Source: a virus
Lineage: Duplodnaviria; Heunggongvirae; Uroviricota; Caudoviricetes
Length of the DNA stretch: 34,634 nt
Strand: one strand, 5' to 3'
IMG/VR virus record: IMGVR_UViG_2541047873_000007
Shown: positions 1 to 9,308 of the stretch, one piece after another
Numbering within the stretch: the first letter of the stretch is position 1
Layout: every line of letters begins with the position of its first letter
Notes under the pieces: model-generated
What the model was told of the DNA's origin: nothing
The model's input: only the letters and a program-made list of their open reading frames with translations
Database searches by the model: none
Translations under genes and position numbers: made by a program

Positions 1-321
1 CGCCTTGCCGGCTGCCAGGTCGTATGCAGCCTTGACCGCTTTTGGTGTGGCGGCCAGCGTTTCAGAGGTGCTGTTGGTGGCACTGCTCAGTTGGGTGAAC
101 CCCTTAGCTGTCAGTGTCGCGTCCGGGTGGTTACGGGAACGTACGTGTTCAGCCAGTGACTGTGCGGCTTCCTCCGTTTTCTTCTTCAGCCATTTCGTCC
201 TGTTTGCCAGTTGCCGGGGGGCTCGATTTGATATCCCGTCTGCACCACCCAGAACCGGATCTGATGTCTCCAGTTGATAGATATTTTCTTCCCACTTTTC
301 TGTTTCATTCAGGTTTCCCAT
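1..321 (-). CDS. Tail fibre protein, N-terminal part (gene continues beyond window start)
   Basis: Reverse-complement translation from ATG at 321-319 gives MGNLNETEKWEEN...HPDATLTAKGFTQLSSATNSTSETLAATPKAVKAAYD, the conserved tail-fibre N-terminal motif; no stop before the window edge. Not in the ORF track. Confidence 0.85.
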   Translation of the reverse strand, partial: MGNLNETEKWEENIYQLETSDPVLGGADGISNRAPRQLANRTKWLKKKTEEAAQSLAEHVRSRNHPDATLTAKGFTQLSSATNSTSETLAATPKAVKAAYDLAAGKA

Positions 322-323
322 AA

Positions 324-902
324 TCAACTGCTCCCGTGGTTATAACTGCCATCATGGATGGCGGTATTGTTATAGCGAATGGCCACAGACTGATACTCCA
401 GGCTGGCCAGATGGCAGCGGGCCGGTGCAAATGCAGCCAGCGTCTGACGCAGCATCGCGGCCTGATCGTTAGTAATGGGCTGTTTCAGAATAACGCGATA
501 AACTGCCCAGGCGGCTGCATCTCCATGAACAAACAGTCCGTTATAGCTGCGATTGCCGTCGTAACTGAGACGACCTGTGCCTTCAATCAGATCCACTTCA
601 CCAAAGCCAAAACGGCGGATAACTTCCCGGATTGACCACGGCGTCCCTTTATACCGGTGCAGTTCGATGGCTGCTTTTATAAGCATGCGGCGAACATCGT
701 CCGATTCCGCCAGCTCCCAGCCATCGCCAGACAGTGAGAACTGCTCGCCCAGCCATGGCAGCGCAGAACTGTCGACGATATCGACGAGAAAGACCATCAG
801 TACGCTCAGGTCGATGTTATCCAGCCGTCCTGCCAGTCTTCCCAGCGTCCTGAGACTGATATCACCCTCAAGCGGTGGCGGGAGTTGTAATGGCTCAGTC
901 AT
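324..902 (-). CDS. Baseplate/tail protein (Mu gp48 / P2 gpI-like)
   Basis: 192 aa; sits between the baseplate J-like gene and the tail fibre; start overlaps the upstream stop. Confidence 0.55.
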   Translation of the reverse strand: MTEPLQLPPPLEGDISLRTLGRLAGRLDNIDLSVLMVFLVDIVDSSALPWLGEQFSLSGDGWELAESDDVRRMLIKAAIELHRYKGTPWSIREVIRRFGFGEVDLIEGTGRLSYDGNRSYNGLFVHGDAAAWAVYRVILKQPITNDQAAMLRQTLAAFAPARCHLASLEYQSVAIRYNNTAIHDGSYNHGSS

Positions 903-1998
903 CAGACACTCCAGTCATGTTAAGAGTGATTGCCGTACAGTTTGCCCATTCGTTTTCTGCCACCACCCTCAGTGCCGGTGTCACCAGTTCAACCTGGTAC
1001 ACCCCGGAAACGGACAATGCACTGATAATCTGGCTGGGGACAATATCACGCCCCAGCGTGGCGGCACGTGATGCCACCCAGTTCTGTATGGCGCTGTTAG
1101 CGGCATCTTTTACAGACCTGGCATCCTGATCACGATAGATCGTAATCCTGGCTTCAATGGTGTAATCCACCTTCACTGGTGTTTTAGCCCGCACTGTATC
1201 AGTGAGTGGCCTGACTTTCTCATCAGAGCAGAAACTCTCTACCAGCGTGAGAACACCGCCGTCCGGCAGACCGGTACTGAGCAGCGGATACAGATCTACG
1301 GTCCCGGGAACCGGGGAAAGCACAGCAACATCGACAATGTTGGGATGGGCCTGCATGGCATGAAAGCGGTATGCGCCACGGCTTCCGGCATTGGTGAATG
1401 ACTCCGGGGCCAGCCTGATACGCTCCCGGAGCCTGTCATCGTCTTCCTGTTCTGAACCGCCGGAACTGGCCGTCAGATTGCTCACCAGCAGGTCGACGTT
1501 ATCAATCTCATCGAGTAACTGACTGACCTGCGCAGGTTGCCAGCCGTTACCAGCGGTACCGGGTTCGGTACAGGTGGACGTGACATTGACCAGCAGCAAT
1601 CCGGCCTTCAGTACCACATTTGTATCGGTGGCAAAAATAACGCTGTCGGAAGCGCTGACGCGGGTGCCTGCCGGGATCAGCACATCAATGGCCAGTGCCT
1701 CATCTACGGAGAACTGGAGCGTGGTGGTGGCAGGCTGCGCGGCAAGACGGTATACACCAACCAGTTCACCGAGGTAATCAATCATCGGCTCACGGGCAAA
1801 GGCGACCAGATTCTGCTTTGCTGCCTCCTGTACCGCAACCCTGACCAGCATTTCGCGATAGGCCCACAGATCAATCAGCAGACGTTCTGCCTGTGCCGGG
1901 TACAGCGTTTTGCCGGTATCCGCTTCATACTTCGCAATCATTTCTGCCGTGATTTTGTCGGCATCGCGTTCAATAAAATCGGGTTCTGTCAGCGCCAT
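895..1998 (-). CDS. Baseplate J-like protein (Mu gp47-like)
   Basis: 367 aa; size and position after the gp25-like wedge protein. Confidence 0.7.
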   Translation of the reverse strand: MALTEPDFIERDADKITAEMIAKYEADTGKTLYPAQAERLLIDLWAYREMLVRVAVQEAAKQNLVAFAREPMIDYLGELVGVYRLAAQPATTTLQFSVDEALAIDVLIPAGTRVSASDSVIFATDTNVVLKAGLLLVNVTSTCTEPGTAGNGWQPAQVSQLLDEIDNVDLLVSNLTASSGGSEQEDDDRLRERIRLAPESFTNAGSRGAYRFHAMQAHPNIVDVAVLSPVPGTVDLYPLLSTGLPDGGVLTLVESFCSDEKVRPLTDTVRAKTPVKVDYTIEARITIYRDQDARSVKDAANSAIQNWVASRAATLGRDIVPSQIISALSVSGVYQVELVTPALRVVAENEWANCTAITLNMTGVSDD

Positions 1999-2336
1999 AG
2001 CAGCTCCTGAGTCCGGGTCTGTCCGTCTGAGCCTTTCCAGCTCACCCGGAGCGTAAGATGTTCGCCGTCGACGGCGGGTTTAACTGACATAAGCTGGCAG
2101 CGGGGCTCCCAGCGCCGGATGGCATCGACGGATTCGCGCACCACATGCGGAATGGCCCGGTCTACAGGCCAGTCGATATAAAGATGCAGATTGCTGCCGA
2201 ACTCCGGGCGATGCGGGTCGCTGCCGCGGGGAGTCCGCAGGATAATTTGAATCGCCTGCCGGATATCATCCAGCCCCCGGACAATTTCGCCGGGAGCCTG
2301 CAGGGCTGGTTGCCAGAATACTGAGGTCGTTTTCAT
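1989..2336 (-). CDS. Baseplate wedge protein, GPW/gp25-like (Mu gp46-like)
   Basis: 115 aa with ...GSDPHRPEFGSNLHLYID... typical of the gp25/GPW family; ATG at 2336. Confidence 0.7.
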   Translation of the reverse strand: MKTTSVFWQPALQAPGEIVRGLDDIRQAIQIILRTPRGSDPHRPEFGSNLHLYIDWPVDRAIPHVVRESVDAIRRWEPRCQLMSVKPAVDGEHLTLRVSWKGSDGQTRTQELLWR

Positions 2337-2367
2337 GGGGGCAGTATTGCCCCCGTGCGGGAACGCT

Positions 2368-2389
2368 GATATTAAAGGCGTTTAAGAAG
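2368..2389 (-). promoter_or_regulatory. Late promoter/activator-site motif A (GATATTAAAGGCGTTTAAGAAG), upstream of the gp25-like gene
   Basis: One of four copies of a 22-bp motif confined to intergenic DNA upstream of late operons; a hairpin (2337-2353) lies between it and ATG 2336. Confidence 0.5.
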
Positions 2390-2390
2390 C

Positions 2391-2987
2391 TCAGTGGGAG
2401 TGGTGGCTGGAGTTTTCGCCATCAGACAGCATACTGCCCGTGGCATGGGCATTCCCTTTAATCTCGATATTGCCATGGATGGTCGCGGTAACACCTTTAC
2501 CACCAGAACCCGCCATGCCTCCTTCGTAAATCAGCTTTCCCCTGACACGCAGATCTCCGGTAAGTTCGGTTTCCGGTGCGTCAATCGTGGCTTTCTGTGT
2601 TTTCAATACCACATCAGCACCACACTCAATGACAATATGCTCAATGCCGCCCCGGATGGTCAGAGTGTGCGTCTTCCGGTTGTAGCTGTACTCTGCACCA
2701 TCAGCAAACCGGGTTCCCCGGATATTTTTGTCACTGAACGGTGGTTTATCGACGTCTGAATACACCGCGCCCAGAATAACACCATCCTCGCCGTTGGCAT
2801 CGAGCAGCACCTCAACCTGCTCCCCCACGTCAGGGAGCCAGTAATCTTTGTTATCCTGGGTATTACGCTGCAGCACGTTAAGCCAGTTTGTGCGCAGGTT
2901 ATCGCATTCAGGCAGACGAACGCGGGCCTGAACCCTGTCGGCATCAACGGCACTGACCGTACCGACCTGACGAGTGACACCAGTCAT
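2391..2987 (-). CDS. Baseplate assembly/spike protein V-like (Mu gp45-like)
   Basis: 198 aa; position between the hub protein and the gp25-like gene; stop/start overlap with the upstream gene. Confidence 0.65.
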   Translation of the reverse strand: MTGVTRQVGTVSAVDADRVQARVRLPECDNLRTNWLNVLQRNTQDNKDYWLPDVGEQVEVLLDANGEDGVILGAVYSDVDKPPFSDKNIRGTRFADGAEYSYNRKTHTLTIRGGIEHIVIECGADVVLKTQKATIDAPETELTGDLRVRGKLIYEGGMAGSGGKGVTATIHGNIEIKGNAHATGSMLSDGENSSHHSH

Positions 2988-4138
2988 TTTTTCTTCTCCT
3001 TAATCACCGTCGATGTACTGCCATCCGGGTGATAAACCGTGAGTTTCTGAGTTTTTTGTTTTTTCCCTCTTGTGACTGGCCCCCGTGCCACTTCCAGCTC
3101 TGTGGTGTAGCCGCTGTTACGGTCAAACGCATGGCGGGCAGTGGTTATGAGCCATGGCCCGGATAACTGCCCAAAACCCACCAGTTCAATTTTGTTGCCT
3201 GCTGTCAGTTGAGGTGTTCCCGTCAGCGTCAGGGAGCCGTTCTGCTGGTATTCGTTATGTCTGGCCAGTGCTGAATCCGCTTTAATCCGGGCACTGTCCG
3301 GGTCGCTGACGCGGCTGTTAACTTTAAGTGAGTCAGCGCTGGTAACCTTACCACCTTTGAGCTTTTTGTCGCTTTCACGGGTACCACCATCAGCTTCGTG
3401 GACGATCAGTTTTTTACTGCTGCTTTTCTGGTGTTTTACCTTTGCAGATTTATAGACCCGGTTGATGGTGTCACGCAGGGAAAAGCGGGCCACATCCTGC
3501 GGTTTTAACTGCCTGACCGTCTCCTGACTGCGCAGTGTGGCCAGATGAGAAAAAATCAGCTGGTCACTGACCACTTTCACTGCATAACCATACTCGCTGG
3601 CCAGCCGGCGCAGAAAACCCACGTCGGTTTCAGCATACTGGGTCACCCGGTCGATTCTGATGGACTCAATGCTGCCCACCAGTTTCAGCCGGTGCTTTCT
3701 GGCAATCCGCCCCGCAACAGCTGCCAGCGTGGTGTTCTCAAAACCACGGCTGGATTTAGTCCGCAGAGCACTGTTAACCGAGGTGGCCACCCCACGGATA
3801 GAAACAACGGAAGCGGGCGAACTCACTTCGATCTCGTCTATAGAGAACGTACCGCAGGACAGCAGCTTCTCGCCCTGATAGCCCATTTTCAGCGTCAGCG
3901 TGTCACCCTTGCCCGGATACCACTTATCCAGCCAGCGGCCATCGGTGTCGTCCAGCTCCACCTCAATGGTATCGGACTCATTTTTGATGTTATCGCTCCA
4001 GGTCACACGGGTGACATAAGGCGCGATATCAGAGGTGATGTTTTTCTGCAGATACCACAGAGTGAACACCGGTGTCAGCACATCGCTGACGCCGGTTAAC
4101 GCTGATGTGACTTGCGCAGTGCTGTTTATCTCAGCCAT
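2984..4138 (-). CDS. Tail/baseplate hub protein (Mu P / P2 gpD-like)
   Basis: 384 aa; synteny downstream of the tape measure, matching Mu gp44 in size. Confidence 0.65.
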   Translation of the reverse strand: MAEINSTAQVTSALTGVSDVLTPVFTLWYLQKNITSDIAPYVTRVTWSDNIKNESDTIEVELDDTDGRWLDKWYPGKGDTLTLKMGYQGEKLLSCGTFSIDEIEVSSPASVVSIRGVATSVNSALRTKSSRGFENTTLAAVAGRIARKHRLKLVGSIESIRIDRVTQYAETDVGFLRRLASEYGYAVKVVSDQLIFSHLATLRSQETVRQLKPQDVARFSLRDTINRVYKSAKVKHQKSSSKKLIVHEADGGTRESDKKLKGGKVTSADSLKVNSRVSDPDSARIKADSALARHNEYQQNGSLTLTGTPQLTAGNKIELVGFGQLSGPWLITTARHAFDRNSGYTTELEVARGPVTRGKKQKTQKLTVYHPDGSTSTVIKEKKK

Positions 4139-4341
4139 GGGGCAATATCCTCTTCTGTACGGGCTTCTTCAGTCTCAATCACCGGGATCAGTAACAACAG
4201 CCCGGAGGGCAGCACCGGCGTGATGGCCACGTGCGGATTGGCGGCAATAATCCGGGGATAGCCCAGCGGGTCACCGTAGTACTGCCATGCCAGCGAATCC
4301 CAGCGCTCTCCGTCACGGGTAACATGTTCAAGAAACATCAC
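4126..4341 (-). CDS. Small tail protein, P2 gpX-like
   Basis: 71 aa; small protein inside the tail module; gpX-like assignment by size and position. Confidence 0.45.
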   Translation of the reverse strand: MMFLEHVTRDGERWDSLAWQYYGDPLGYPRIIAANPHVAITPVLPSGLLLLIPVIETEEARTEEDIAPWLR

Positions 4342-5222
4342 ACACTCCTCGTCAGTATTCTGGCGGCCATTGCACTTAATCCCGGAGACATGCGGTTGAA
4401 TGCTGTGCCGGCGGCGTTAAGCTGCCCGGAAACGGTATCCAGAGCACCTGCAATATTTCTTTTGTCCACACCACTCAGCGCAGACTGTGCCTGCTGTACA
4501 TACGTGGCTGCTTCGCTGGCTGTTCTGGCCAGACTGATGGCATCGGGCATGGATTCAGAGAGTGCGTTAAACGCCGGAACACTTTTCCCCAGAGCCCCGG
4601 AGATATTACCCAGTCCGCTCATCAGCCCCGGCACACGGGTCAGTGCGACAACGGGGTTATCCTTCATTTTCTGTGTCACCCGAACGGCGCTGATAGTGGT
4701 CTGGAGTACAGACTGCGCCTGTTTCGCATAGTTGACGCCGTTGCGGATGAACTGCGCCACCCCTGAAGGTGAAGGAATGGCACCGGAGACCGCCCCGACA
4801 CCCGGGAGCTTCGTGCGTATTGCCGGTGGTTGCAGAGGATTTTTCGGATCACCGGTGTATTCCCGGAGAGACACGGTGGCACTGACAGCCAGCACGTTAC
4901 CGGTGCTGTCTGTCTGCTCGCTGGTTGCGGTCACATCGGTAATCACGAACCAGCCACGATAGTCACCGTTGCCGAAGACCAGCGCCAGTGCCTGATGGGC
5001 TTTCATGGCTGTTCGCAGTCTCGCCAGCTCCACATCGGGTACACAATAATGCTGATGGAAAACCAGAGTTATCTGGATTTCGTCCAGCCTGTCGCCGACG
5101 AACTGCAGGCCAGGCTTACCCCCGATGCGGGCATGCTCCGCATAATCGACGCCGAACGTGGCCTCGAAGCCGTCCCAGTAGGTAATCAGCTCAAACTCAA
5201 TATCACCCAGTACGGCAAACAT
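4338..5222 (-). CDS. Tail protein (Mu N / DNA-circularisation-like)
   Basis: 294 aa immediately downstream of the tape measure, co-directional and overlapping. Confidence 0.5.
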   Translation of the reverse strand: MFAVLGDIEFELITYWDGFEATFGVDYAEHARIGGKPGLQFVGDRLDEIQITLVFHQHYCVPDVELARLRTAMKAHQALALVFGNGDYRGWFVITDVTATSEQTDSTGNVLAVSATVSLREYTGDPKNPLQPPAIRTKLPGVGAVSGAIPSPSGVAQFIRNGVNYAKQAQSVLQTTISAVRVTQKMKDNPVVALTRVPGLMSGLGNISGALGKSVPAFNALSESMPDAISLARTASEAATYVQQAQSALSGVDKRNIAGALDTVSGQLNAAGTAFNRMSPGLSAMAARILTRSV

Positions 5223-8200
5223 CAGCGGTACTCCTTACGTTGTTTCTGAGCCAGCAGACGCTCCAGCATTTTTTCCAGCTCATGCAGGCTCATATTCAGG
5301 GCGCCAGTCAGTCCGGCAGGCGCTGTGGTTTCCCTGCCATTGAGGAAAAACTGAGGATTAAAGCTGACCTGGATACCACCAGACGTTCCACCGCCGGTTG
5401 CAGCTGCACCACGGCCTGAATATCCGGCAGCCAGGATTTCAGGCGAGGGGATACGGGGAACATCCGGTGTCATCTCATTTGCCAGACGTTGCCCTGGTAA
5501 AATCGATGCCCGGGTGGAGAGCGGAATAGCGGGCATGGAAGACAAACTATTGATTACGGCTCCGATCGCATTTTTAGCAGACGACATAAACCCATTGATA
5601 TCGGGCAACGGCATACTGAAGCGAACACCTGAAGTGTTATCCCGTATTTCTGGCCCCTGAATGCTCACGGGCATTTTGGGGAGCAGTTCACTGGCCATTC
5701 GCTGCCCGGCCAGAGCTGCAAGCGGAGTGGTCCGCTGCAGGCCAATGGCGGCCCCCTGCGCGATATTGTCACCAAAGCCCATAAACACGCGGCTCGGCGA
5801 ATGAATGCCCAGCTTTTCGCTGAACCAGCCACTGATGCTGTCACCCATTCCGGTTACACTGGATTTGAGCGACTCCCATTTGTTTTTGATACCGTTAATC
5901 AGACCGTCGACAAGATGGCCACCGAAGTCGGTGAACTTTGCCGGCAGATCAACACCAAGATATTTCAGCGCAGCTGCAAAGGCTTTATAGAGCAGACCTG
6001 CCGGCGACCAGTTAATCAGCAGCTTACCAGTTCCCGCGATACCGCCGTTAAAGGCTTCCTGAATGTCAGCCCAGCACTGTTTAAACCAGCTACTGATGCT
6101 GTCACCCATTCCGGTTACACTGGATTTGAGCGACCCCCATTTGTTTTTGATACCGTTAATCAGACCGTCGATAAGATGGCCACCGAAGTCGGTGAACTTT
6201 GCCGGCAGAGCAACGCCGAAATATTTCAGCGCAGCCGCAAAGGCTTTATAGAGCAGGCCTGCCGGCGACCAGTTAATCAGCAACTTACCAGTTCCCGCGA
6301 TACCGCCGTTAAAGGCTTCCTGAATGTCAGCCCAGCACTGTTTAAACCAGCTACTGATGCTGTCACCCATTCCGGTTACACTGGATTTGAGCGACCCCCA
6401 TTTGTTTTTGATACCGTTAATCAGACCGTCGATAAGATGGCCACCGAAGTCGGTGAACTTTGCCGGCAGAGCAACGCCGAAATATTTCAGCGCAGCCGCA
6501 AAGGCTTTATAGAGCAGGCCTGCCGGCGACCAGTTAATCAGCAACTTACCAATTCCCACAATGCCGCCGTTAAAGGCTTCCTGAATGTCTGCCCAGCGCT
6601 GTTTAAACCAGCCACTGACTGCCCCCCAGTTGCGGTAGATAAGGTAAGCTGCTGCCGCGACAGCGGTGATAACGAGACCGATGGGATTCATCATCAGCGC
6701 ACGTCCAATCCAGAGAACAGCACGTCCGGCGAGCATAATTCCGCGAACCAGCCCCCCGGAGAGCACGCCACTCAGTGTTCTGGCTCCTTTGGCGACGGCG
6801 CTAAATCCGGTCACCAGCCAGCGGAGCTTACCGCCTTGCCCCAGTGCGAGCGACAGACGAAGCCAGTTGGCCCGAAGTAAAACAGCATTTTTCCAGACAC
6901 TTACAAAGGGGGAAATAAGGAGATTCAGCCCCAGTTTGAGACCAACAGTCGCTATCTTAATCGCAAGGAGCGCACTGATGAGCTTAAAAGCCCCACTGAC
7001 AAATTGCGGGTGAGTCGCTACCCAGTGTTTTGCCCCCTGAATGAGTGGAAGCAGTTCCTGAGTCAGAGAAATAAAAGATGGAGCTAATTGATCGCCCAGC
7101 GTAATTGCCAGATCACGACTGCTGACCATAAGTGCTTTAGTGGCTTCAAGGGGAGATTTCAGCCGCTGATCATAAGCACTGGCAAGCAAATCGTTATCCG
7201 CAGCCCTGAGAGCACCGGCACGGATCTCTCGATATCTGTCCATGTTGGCCAGCATCGGGCGGATAAATGCCATGACCTGCATATCCGCGAACATATCGCC
7301 CAGACCAAAGTTTTTCGCCAGAGCCTGAAGTGCCTCATCTCTTGCCGTATCATTCTTTATTTTCATGGCTGATTTGAAGCCGGCCAGCGCTTCGGGGCTT
7401 TTGGCATTGAGGTAACGTTCTATAACACTCAACATCCCTTCAATCGGAGAGATCCCCGCAGCTTTATAACTCGCAATAGATCCCTGCAAATCAATACCCA
7501 GATCAGCAAACTGTTTCTGAGTATCGCGGGCAAAAATTTTGGTAAGAAAGTTTTTAAAATTATTGGCTGCTTCGTCGGTGGAACCTGCACCGATTTTTGC
7601 TATCTGGAGACTGGCCCCGATTTCAGCAACAGCCTCTTTTCCACTGGCAATACCCGCCATCATTGGGGCCAGGGACTGCATCCACTTGACCTGATCCGGG
7701 ATTTCAAATGACCCCTGGTCACCGGCATAAGCCATAATATTCTGAACGGCACCAAAATCTCTGGCCGCACCTTTCAGGGAGTTTTGCCAGACTGCGGCCA
7801 CTTTTGCCCAGTCCTGAGCAGACGTGCGTGTTGCCGTTGCCGCGCGGGCAATATCCGGCATCAGAAAACCGATATCTGACACATTATCAATATTGTCGCT
7901 GATGAGTGAACCCACCGCCTCCTGCAGCTCATCCTGATACTGATTGTATTTAAGCGCCCAGCCTTTTATCTGTCCGGCAAGTGCATCCCGCGTTTTATTG
8001 TCATATTTTGCGGTGATCGACATATCAATCATTTTGTCCTGAAAAGACATGGACTGCTGAACGGCAGGGGAAACCGTATGATAAACAGTCTGTGCCATGC
8101 CATACGCTTCAATCCCCTGACCATACAGCGCCATGCGGTTAGCTTTCAGCGCATCACTGGTAGCGGATGCCGCTGACAGACGGCGCTGCTGGCGCTCAAT

Positions 8201-8434
8201 TTGCTCCATGGTGCGGCTTACCCGCAGCAGCTCGCTGTTGAGATGCTGCATCCGGGAAGAACCCAGTTGACCATAACGTTCTGTTGCACGGGTTAAAGCG
8301 TTCTGACGTTCCTGCAGGCGGCGTGAGGTATCGCTCAGGGAATCAAGCGCACGGCGGGTACCGCTCATTGCAGAACGGAATGTGCTACCAATCATCCCGC
8401 CGATAACAACGCCGACTGAAAACTGTCCCGACAT
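5222..8434 (-). CDS. Tail tape measure protein
   Basis: 1070 aa; helical N-terminus, hydrophobic central segments, internal 87-aa triplication; GGAGG 8 nt upstream of ATG 8434; sits between chaperone and baseplate genes. Confidence 0.9.
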   Translation of the reverse strand: MSGQFSVGVVIGGMIGSTFRSAMSGTRRALDSLSDTSRRLQERQNALTRATERYGQLGSSRMQHLNSELLRVSRTMEQIERQQRRLSAASATSDALKANRMALYGQGIEAYGMAQTVYHTVSPAVQQSMSFQDKMIDMSITAKYDNKTRDALAGQIKGWALKYNQYQDELQEAVGSLISDNIDNVSDIGFLMPDIARAATATRTSAQDWAKVAAVWQNSLKGAARDFGAVQNIMAYAGDQGSFEIPDQVKWMQSLAPMMAGIASGKEAVAEIGASLQIAKIGAGSTDEAANNFKNFLTKIFARDTQKQFADLGIDLQGSIASYKAAGISPIEGMLSVIERYLNAKSPEALAGFKSAMKIKNDTARDEALQALAKNFGLGDMFADMQVMAFIRPMLANMDRYREIRAGALRAADNDLLASAYDQRLKSPLEATKALMVSSRDLAITLGDQLAPSFISLTQELLPLIQGAKHWVATHPQFVSGAFKLISALLAIKIATVGLKLGLNLLISPFVSVWKNAVLLRANWLRLSLALGQGGKLRWLVTGFSAVAKGARTLSGVLSGGLVRGIMLAGRAVLWIGRALMMNPIGLVITAVAAAAYLIYRNWGAVSGWFKQRWADIQEAFNGGIVGIGKLLINWSPAGLLYKAFAAALKYFGVALPAKFTDFGGHLIDGLINGIKNKWGSLKSSVTGMGDSISSWFKQCWADIQEAFNGGIAGTGKLLINWSPAGLLYKAFAAALKYFGVALPAKFTDFGGHLIDGLINGIKNKWGSLKSSVTGMGDSISSWFKQCWADIQEAFNGGIAGTGKLLINWSPAGLLYKAFAAALKYLGVDLPAKFTDFGGHLVDGLINGIKNKWESLKSSVTGMGDSISGWFSEKLGIHSPSRVFMGFGDNIAQGAAIGLQRTTPLAALAGQRMASELLPKMPVSIQGPEIRDNTSGVRFSMPLPDINGFMSSAKNAIGAVINSLSSMPAIPLSTRASILPGQRLANEMTPDVPRIPSPEILAAGYSGRGAAATGGGTSGGIQVSFNPQFFLNGRETTAPAGLTGALNMSLHELEKMLERLLAQKQRKEYR
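5825..6607. repeat. Three tandem copies of a 261-bp (87-codon) unit inside the tape measure gene
   Basis: Units start at 5825, 6086 and 6347; copies 2 and 3 near-identical, copy 1 slightly diverged; protein repeat SWFKQ(C/R)WADIQEAFNGGI...GMGDSIS x3. Confidence 0.9.
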
Positions 8435-8509
8435 AGTGGTTAACCTCCGGGGAAGGTGAAAAGACGTGAGGGGATAACGCAGAACAGCCGCTACTGGCGG
8501 CTGTCTGTA

Positions 8510-8767
8510 CTATGATTTGTCGCCGTACTCGCTTTTTATTTGCTCTTCAGCCTGCTCCAGCCACATCTCCAGATCGTCAGTATCGAGGGCATCAATCTCC
8601 CCCGGCTGAAACCGGAACCATCTCGCCAGCAGCCCCTGCGCCTGCGTCAGCGCCCTGGTTGCTCTCACCCATCCCCGTGATGAGCTGAAATCGTTTCTGT
8701 AACTGCAGGTAATCAGCCAGATCCATATTGTCGAGATCTTCCGGGAGAAGACCAGTACTGCGGGCAA
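8510..8767 (-). CDS. Probable frameshift extension of the tail chaperone
   Basis: Overlapping ORF in another frame; only its C-terminal about 35 aa (FQPGEIDALDTDDLEMWLEQAEEQIKSEYGDKS) look protein-like. Confidence 0.4.
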   Translation of the reverse strand: MPAVLVFSRKISTIWIWLITCSYRNDFSSSRGWVRATRALTQAQGLLARWFRFQPGEIDALDTDDLEMWLEQAEEQIKSEYGDKS

Positions 8768-8927
8768 TCAGCGGTTCGTCCCAGTCTGCCGGGTTTTTGC
8801 TGATTTTGCGCACCTGCTTCAGGTCTTTTACCGTCAGGCGTTTCAGTTCAACCAGCTCAATTCTGGTGCCTGCAGCAGTGGTGAAGGGATAAGACAATTT
8901 AAAAGTATCGGATGGGGTCTGTGACAT
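8592..8927 (-). CDS. Tail assembly chaperone
   Basis: 111 aa directly upstream of the tape measure; AGGAG 8 nt upstream of ATG 8927. Confidence 0.6.
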   Translation of the reverse strand: MSQTPSDTFKLSYPFTTAAGTRIELVELKRLTVKDLKQVRKISKNPADWDEPLIARSTGLLPEDLDNMDLADYLQLQKRFQLITGMGESNQGADAGAGAAGEMVPVSAGGD

Positions 8928-8979
8928 GATTGTGCTCCTGTGTAAGTTCAGGGCAGTATGTCGGGAGAAGCGCGTGACG

Positions 8980-9001
8980 GATATTAAAGGAGATTAAGAA
9001 G
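8980..9001 (-). promoter_or_regulatory. Late promoter/activator-site motif B (GATATTAAAGGAGATTAAGAAG), upstream of the tail chaperone
   Basis: 20 of 22 positions identical to motif A; 53 nt upstream of ATG 8927. Confidence 0.5.
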
Positions 9002-9002
9002 A

Positions 9003-9018
9003 AGGGGCCGGAGCCCCT
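9003..9018 (-). terminator. Hairpin GGGGC-CGGA-GCCCC downstream of the 93-aa ORF, next to late promoter motif B
   Basis: Perfect 5-6 bp GC stem seen in sequence; the following T-run is weak. Confidence 0.3.
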
Positions 9019-9024
9019 GTGATG

Positions 9025-9306
9025 TCAGCAAGTGCGAAACCCCTTGCAGTTACGCAGGAAAGCGATGAGAAGCGTCTTTCCCTCAGATTTGCCGATGCCG
9101 GAGAACCAGTGGTCGGGAGGCTCCCATGCTTCAATCAAATCCGCCAGTTTGCGGGCCTTTGAACGTGTGCAGTCAATCGGGTCATTGGTTTTACGGGTAT
9201 TAAAAAGGGTTTCCACCCCCGGAATATCAAGGAGGGTAAACCACGTACCATTTGACATGCCCAGTGCCGCACATCGTCCTCCTTTATCCGTCAGTTCAAC
9301 ACTCAC
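9025..9306 (-). CDS. Hypothetical protein between tail tube and chaperone
   Basis: 93-aa ORF, co-directional, followed by a hairpin; no recognisable motif. Confidence 0.4.
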   Translation of the reverse strand: MSVELTDKGGRCAALGMSNGTWFTLLDIPGVETLFNTRKTNDPIDCTRSKARKLADLIEAWEPPDHWFSGIGKSEGKTLLIAFLRNCKGFRTC

Positions 9307-9308
9307 CG

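Noticed and set aside
5-323. Plus-strand ORFs 5-277 and 114-323 at the window start
   Set aside because: The minus strand here encodes a textbook tail-fibre N-terminus starting at 321; the plus ORFs are its antisense shadow.
5825-6607. Possible CRISPR array, given the regular tandem repeats
   Set aside because: Units are 261 bp, contiguous with no spacers, and in frame inside a long coding sequence; there is no short repeat-spacer structure.
5801-6880. 359-aa plus-strand ORF, and the repeated 61-62-aa ORFs at 5805, 6063 and 6324
   Set aside because: Antisense to the tape measure gene; its periodicity just mirrors the tape measure triplication. Other long antisense ORFs opposite well-supported genes (10454-11338, 12965-13699, 18094-19386, 28674-29426, 31134-32135) are rejected the same way.
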